Assembly: GCA_025999215.1 (NCBI GenBank)
Contig: AP024679.1
Coordinates: 505,924-569,923 of the forward strand
DNA length: 64,000 nucleotides
Source of the DNA: Candidatus Dojkabacteria bacterium
GTDB taxonomy: Bacteria > Patescibacteriota > Dojkabacteria > J137
Reading direction: 5' to 3'
Shown here piece after piece: positions 62,301 through 64,000 of this stretch. Numbering within the stretch: the first letter of the stretch is position 1; the number at the start of each line of letters is the position of its first letter. The notes beneath the pieces were generated by a model. It did not search any database and was not told where the DNA came from. It saw nothing but the letters and a program-made list of their open reading frames with translations. A program made the position numbers and the translations under genes.

Positions 62301-62420
62301 AAAACTTTTGGTAGGAATGAAAAAGTAAGTGTGAAGTATAGTGATGGCAGAGTTTTAGAAAATGTAAAATTTAAAAAAGTTTCTGATGATCTCGAAAAAG
62401 GAATAGCTGAAATAATTTAA
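59391..62420 (+). CDS. secA: Preprotein translocase ATPase SecA
   Basis: EMKTGEGKT, DEADSILIDEARTPLIISG, ATNMAGRGTDI and RRIDNQLRGR motifs. Confidence 0.97.
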   Translation: MINKFKKIFDGSNRIIKSVEPDFKKFQSFKEKSENLTNDEMRERINEIKNEFKELSKNVPEEAMRSLKQFRRTKSDIPSYEQKIFNKVLEVMPEVYAYIDEVFKRKSGHSFHSVQIKAAMVLAQGQRLVEMKTGEGKTRTFVLPLALYSLVGRGAHLATVNDYLSKVGGEYVGHFLSELGISVGIITPNGSYRFIRDDELEKYKGKEALEQRKKQALEIDRMEGLNLLEVPKKVAYQMDVTYGTNNEFGFDYLRDNMASSIDKMVQRELYFCVIDEADSILIDEARTPLIISGIPQESDTEKYTTFAKAVAQLEEGRDYTVDFKSFSVLLTEEGIKRLEDILGVANLWDDFSMAYHVENALKAKALYIKGDKYLVKNGEVLIVDEFTGRIMKGRRYSEGLHQAIEAKEGVEIKQETKTFATITFQNFFRLYKVLCGGSGTIMTEQEEFYKIYGLESVEIPTNKPVIRIDHPDRIYKTMDAKFRAVVRDVIEQNKIGRPVLIGTASVEKSELLSKMLDEAGVKHEVLNAKYHERESRIIAKAGKKGAVTVATNMAGRGTDIVVGGGVRGDDAWKEIIEMGGLYVIGTERHDSRRIDNQLRGRTGRQGEPGETRFYVSLEDQIMRVLGGEIMAKILNMVRMDDDQPIELRMLSKQIESAQKRIEGMNFDRRKNVVEYDDVMNQHREVFYTIRRDFLTLADNALGKFKIGQDIINIRSLENEKQREDLEKKVEAAREKLTEFMIQKLENEVKRLIDLNFKNGSSDENYSELVNDLLKFIPEKLWIEHLNLSEDNLKDQILHKLKELKISELERFLVNFVNDIAKSKFREFKDDIYSIIKVITLRQFDVKWVDHLEIMKDIRDGVRLQQYAQKNPLVEYKNRAFEVFNSFVLSINSETAKTFMKLRRVDARESSFIQKITTNREQIEDVVTGDREMDISSLANKNNSVISNQVAINSINKSNQQHSSTNKQIKSKTFGRNEKVSVKYSDGRVLENVKFKKVSDDLEKGIAEII

Positions 62421-62426
62421 AATAAT

Positions 62427-64000
62427 ATGTGTGGAATAGTATCTTATAGTGGTCGCAGTAACGCTCTTGAAGTGATACTGAAAGGACTTCAAAAGCTTGA
62501 ATATCGAGGTTATGACAGTGTTGGAATTTCTTTGATAAGTGGTTCTGAAATTATTACTAACAAGCATGTTGGTAGTGTTTCTGAGTTTTCATCTCAAATT
62601 TCAGAAAATTCATTACAAAATTTTAAGTCTTCCTGTGGAATTGGTCATACACGCTGGGCAACTCATGGCAAGGTTGATTTAACAAATACGCATCCTCATT
62701 TTTCAAATAATAAAAAAATTGCTGTAGTACACAATGGGATAATTGAAAATTATTTAGAGCTCAAAACACACCTTGAAAAATTAGGTTTTAGTTTTTATAG
62801 CGAGACAGACACGGAAGTAATTCCCAATTTAGTTCAAAGTTTTGTAGACACTGGAATGAATTTGATAGAGGCTTTCAAGGAGACATTAAAAATGTTAAAA
62901 GGTAGTTTTGCAATAGCAATGGTAACTTCTATTGAACCTAAAAAGATTTTTATCGCAAAATGTAAAAGTCCGCTAGTAATAGGTAAAAATAAAGGTGAAT
63001 TTTATGTTGCATCAGATGCAAATGCTCTTCTTGAATTTTGCAATAATTTCTTGTTTATGGAAGATGAAACATACGCCATTTTAGAATATGGAAAACAACC
63101 TAAACTTTTTAATTTTAGAGGAAATTCAGTTAAAGTAAATTTTAAAAAGTTAAAGTTAACTGCTAAACAAGTGAGTAATAAAAATTATGATGATTACATG
63201 CTTAAAGAAATTAATGAGCAGCCAGAAGTAATTAAAAATATTATTTCAGAGTATTTGAGTGATTCAGGTTTTAAGAGTGAATTTTTAAACTTAAATAAAA
63301 AAGATTTTAAAAGAATTATAATTTTAGCTTGTGGGAGTTCATACAATGCTGGGTTACTTGGTAAGTATTGGATTGAAAAGTTTGCTCAAATTCCAACAAA
63401 TGTTGAAATAGCTTCAGAATTTAAACTTAGAAATCCAGTTTTGAAAAAAAGCGATTTAATAATTGCGATATCACAAAGTGGTGAAACAGCAGATACCATT
63501 AGCGCAGTTGAGTATGCTAAATCAAAAAAATGTAAAATTGTTGCCATTTGCAATACTCCTGAATCAACTCTTGATAGAATGTCTAATCAAACAATATTTC
63601 TTAATGCAGGCCATGAAGTTGGAGTTGCGGCCACAAAAACATTTTTGGCACAAGTCGCAATACTTTTTTTGATTGCAATAAACTTAGCTCACAACAAATT
63701 TAAAAAGTTTAAAATAGAAGAATATTTAAGTGAATTTACTAAAATTTCAGATAAAATTCATGAAACTCTTTCCTTCACTTCGCAAATTGAATCTCTATCA
63801 CAAAAATATGCTCACTTTAAAAATTTTTTCTTTCTTGGAAGAGGGCTTGCTTATCCACTAGCTATTGAAGGAGCCTTAAAATTAAAAGAGATTTCGTACA
63901 TTCATGCTGAAGGTTTGCCTGTTGGAGAAATGAAACATGGTAGCATTGCTTTGATTGATGAGCTTTTCCCGTCGGTTGTGTTAGCTTTTAAAAATTTTTA
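62427..64000 (+). CDS. glmS: Glutamine--fructose-6-phosphate transaminase, 3'-truncated by the window edge (absent from the ORF track)
   Basis: MCGIV, LEYRGYDS, GHTRWATHG, HNGIIEN, SQSGETADT and EGALKLKEISY motifs. Confidence 0.96.
   Translation, partial: MCGIVSYSGRSNALEVILKGLQKLEYRGYDSVGISLISGSEIITNKHVGSVSEFSSQISENSLQNFKSSCGIGHTRWATHGKVDLTNTHPHFSNNKKIAVVHNGIIENYLELKTHLEKLGFSFYSETDTEVIPNLVQSFVDTGMNLIEAFKETLKMLKGSFAIAMVTSIEPKKIFIAKCKSPLVIGKNKGEFYVASDANALLEFCNNFLFMEDETYAILEYGKQPKLFNFRGNSVKVNFKKLKLTAKQVSNKNYDDYMLKEINEQPEVIKNIISEYLSDSGFKSEFLNLNKKDFKRIIILACGSSYNAGLLGKYWIEKFAQIPTNVEIASEFKLRNPVLKKSDLIIAISQSGETADTISAVEYAKSKKCKIVAICNTPESTLDRMSNQTIFLNAGHEVGVAATKTFLAQVAILFLIAINLAHNKFKKFKIEEYLSEFTKISDKIHETLSFTSQIESLSQKYAHFKNFFFLGRGLAYPLAIEGALKLKEISYIHAEGLPVGEMKHGSIALIDELFPSVVLAFKNF

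Noticed and set aside
4503-63672. Short antisense or nested ORFs in the track (e.g. 9430..9882, 15151..15381, 45316..45519, 63463..63672)
   Set aside because: They overlap well-supported genes such as prmC, lysS and glmS, with no independent coding evidence.
1-64000. Alternative genetic code (UGA=Gly, as in Gracilibacteria/Absconditabacteria)
   Set aside because: Conserved genes are full length in code 11 and TGA ends genes at ATGA overlaps (e.g. 7054-7057, 32906-32909); the splits are frameshifts, not TGA interruptions.
1-64000. CRISPR array, rRNA, intact transposase or reverse transcriptase
   Set aside because: No regularly spaced repeats or matching protein motifs seen by eye.

Overview
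A very AT-rich bacterial chromosome segment read in the standard code (table 11). The gene content suggests a reduced Patescibacteria/CPR genome, possibly Dojkabacteria-like; this is inference from eukaryote-type GlyRS, archaeal-type TPI, sortase, pilin, giant DUF2341/FN3 surface protein and near absence of Shine-Dalgarno sites. Most of the window is housekeeping: relA/spoT, xth, orn, prmC, miaA, lysS, pmm, pyrG, tpiA, gap, pgk, serS, glyQS, htrA, ftsW, secA, glmS (partial), plus tRNA-Ser(GCT), tRNA-Glu(TTC) and tRNA-Leu(TAG). Highlights: (1) a tightly coupled five-gene operon (coiled-coil protein, single-domain response regulator, polyprenyl diphosphate synthase, UbiA prenyltransferase, 7TM histidine kinase), a candidate prenylated-signal synthesis and sensing system; (2) a decayed island at tRNA-Glu with a serine-recombinase remnant reading into the tRNA, and two parallel promoter/boxA/long-hairpin/SD expression units; (3) an ACT-domain protein divergent from an unknown enzyme and a DapF-like epimerase; (4) a LysRS-HD fusion, a sphingomyelin-synthase-like membrane protein and an ATE/Bpt-like transferase in one co-oriented run; (5) many apparently leaderless core genes. 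Many genes are split by single-base indels, probably assembly errors. All assignments come from motif recognition by eye; no searches were run.
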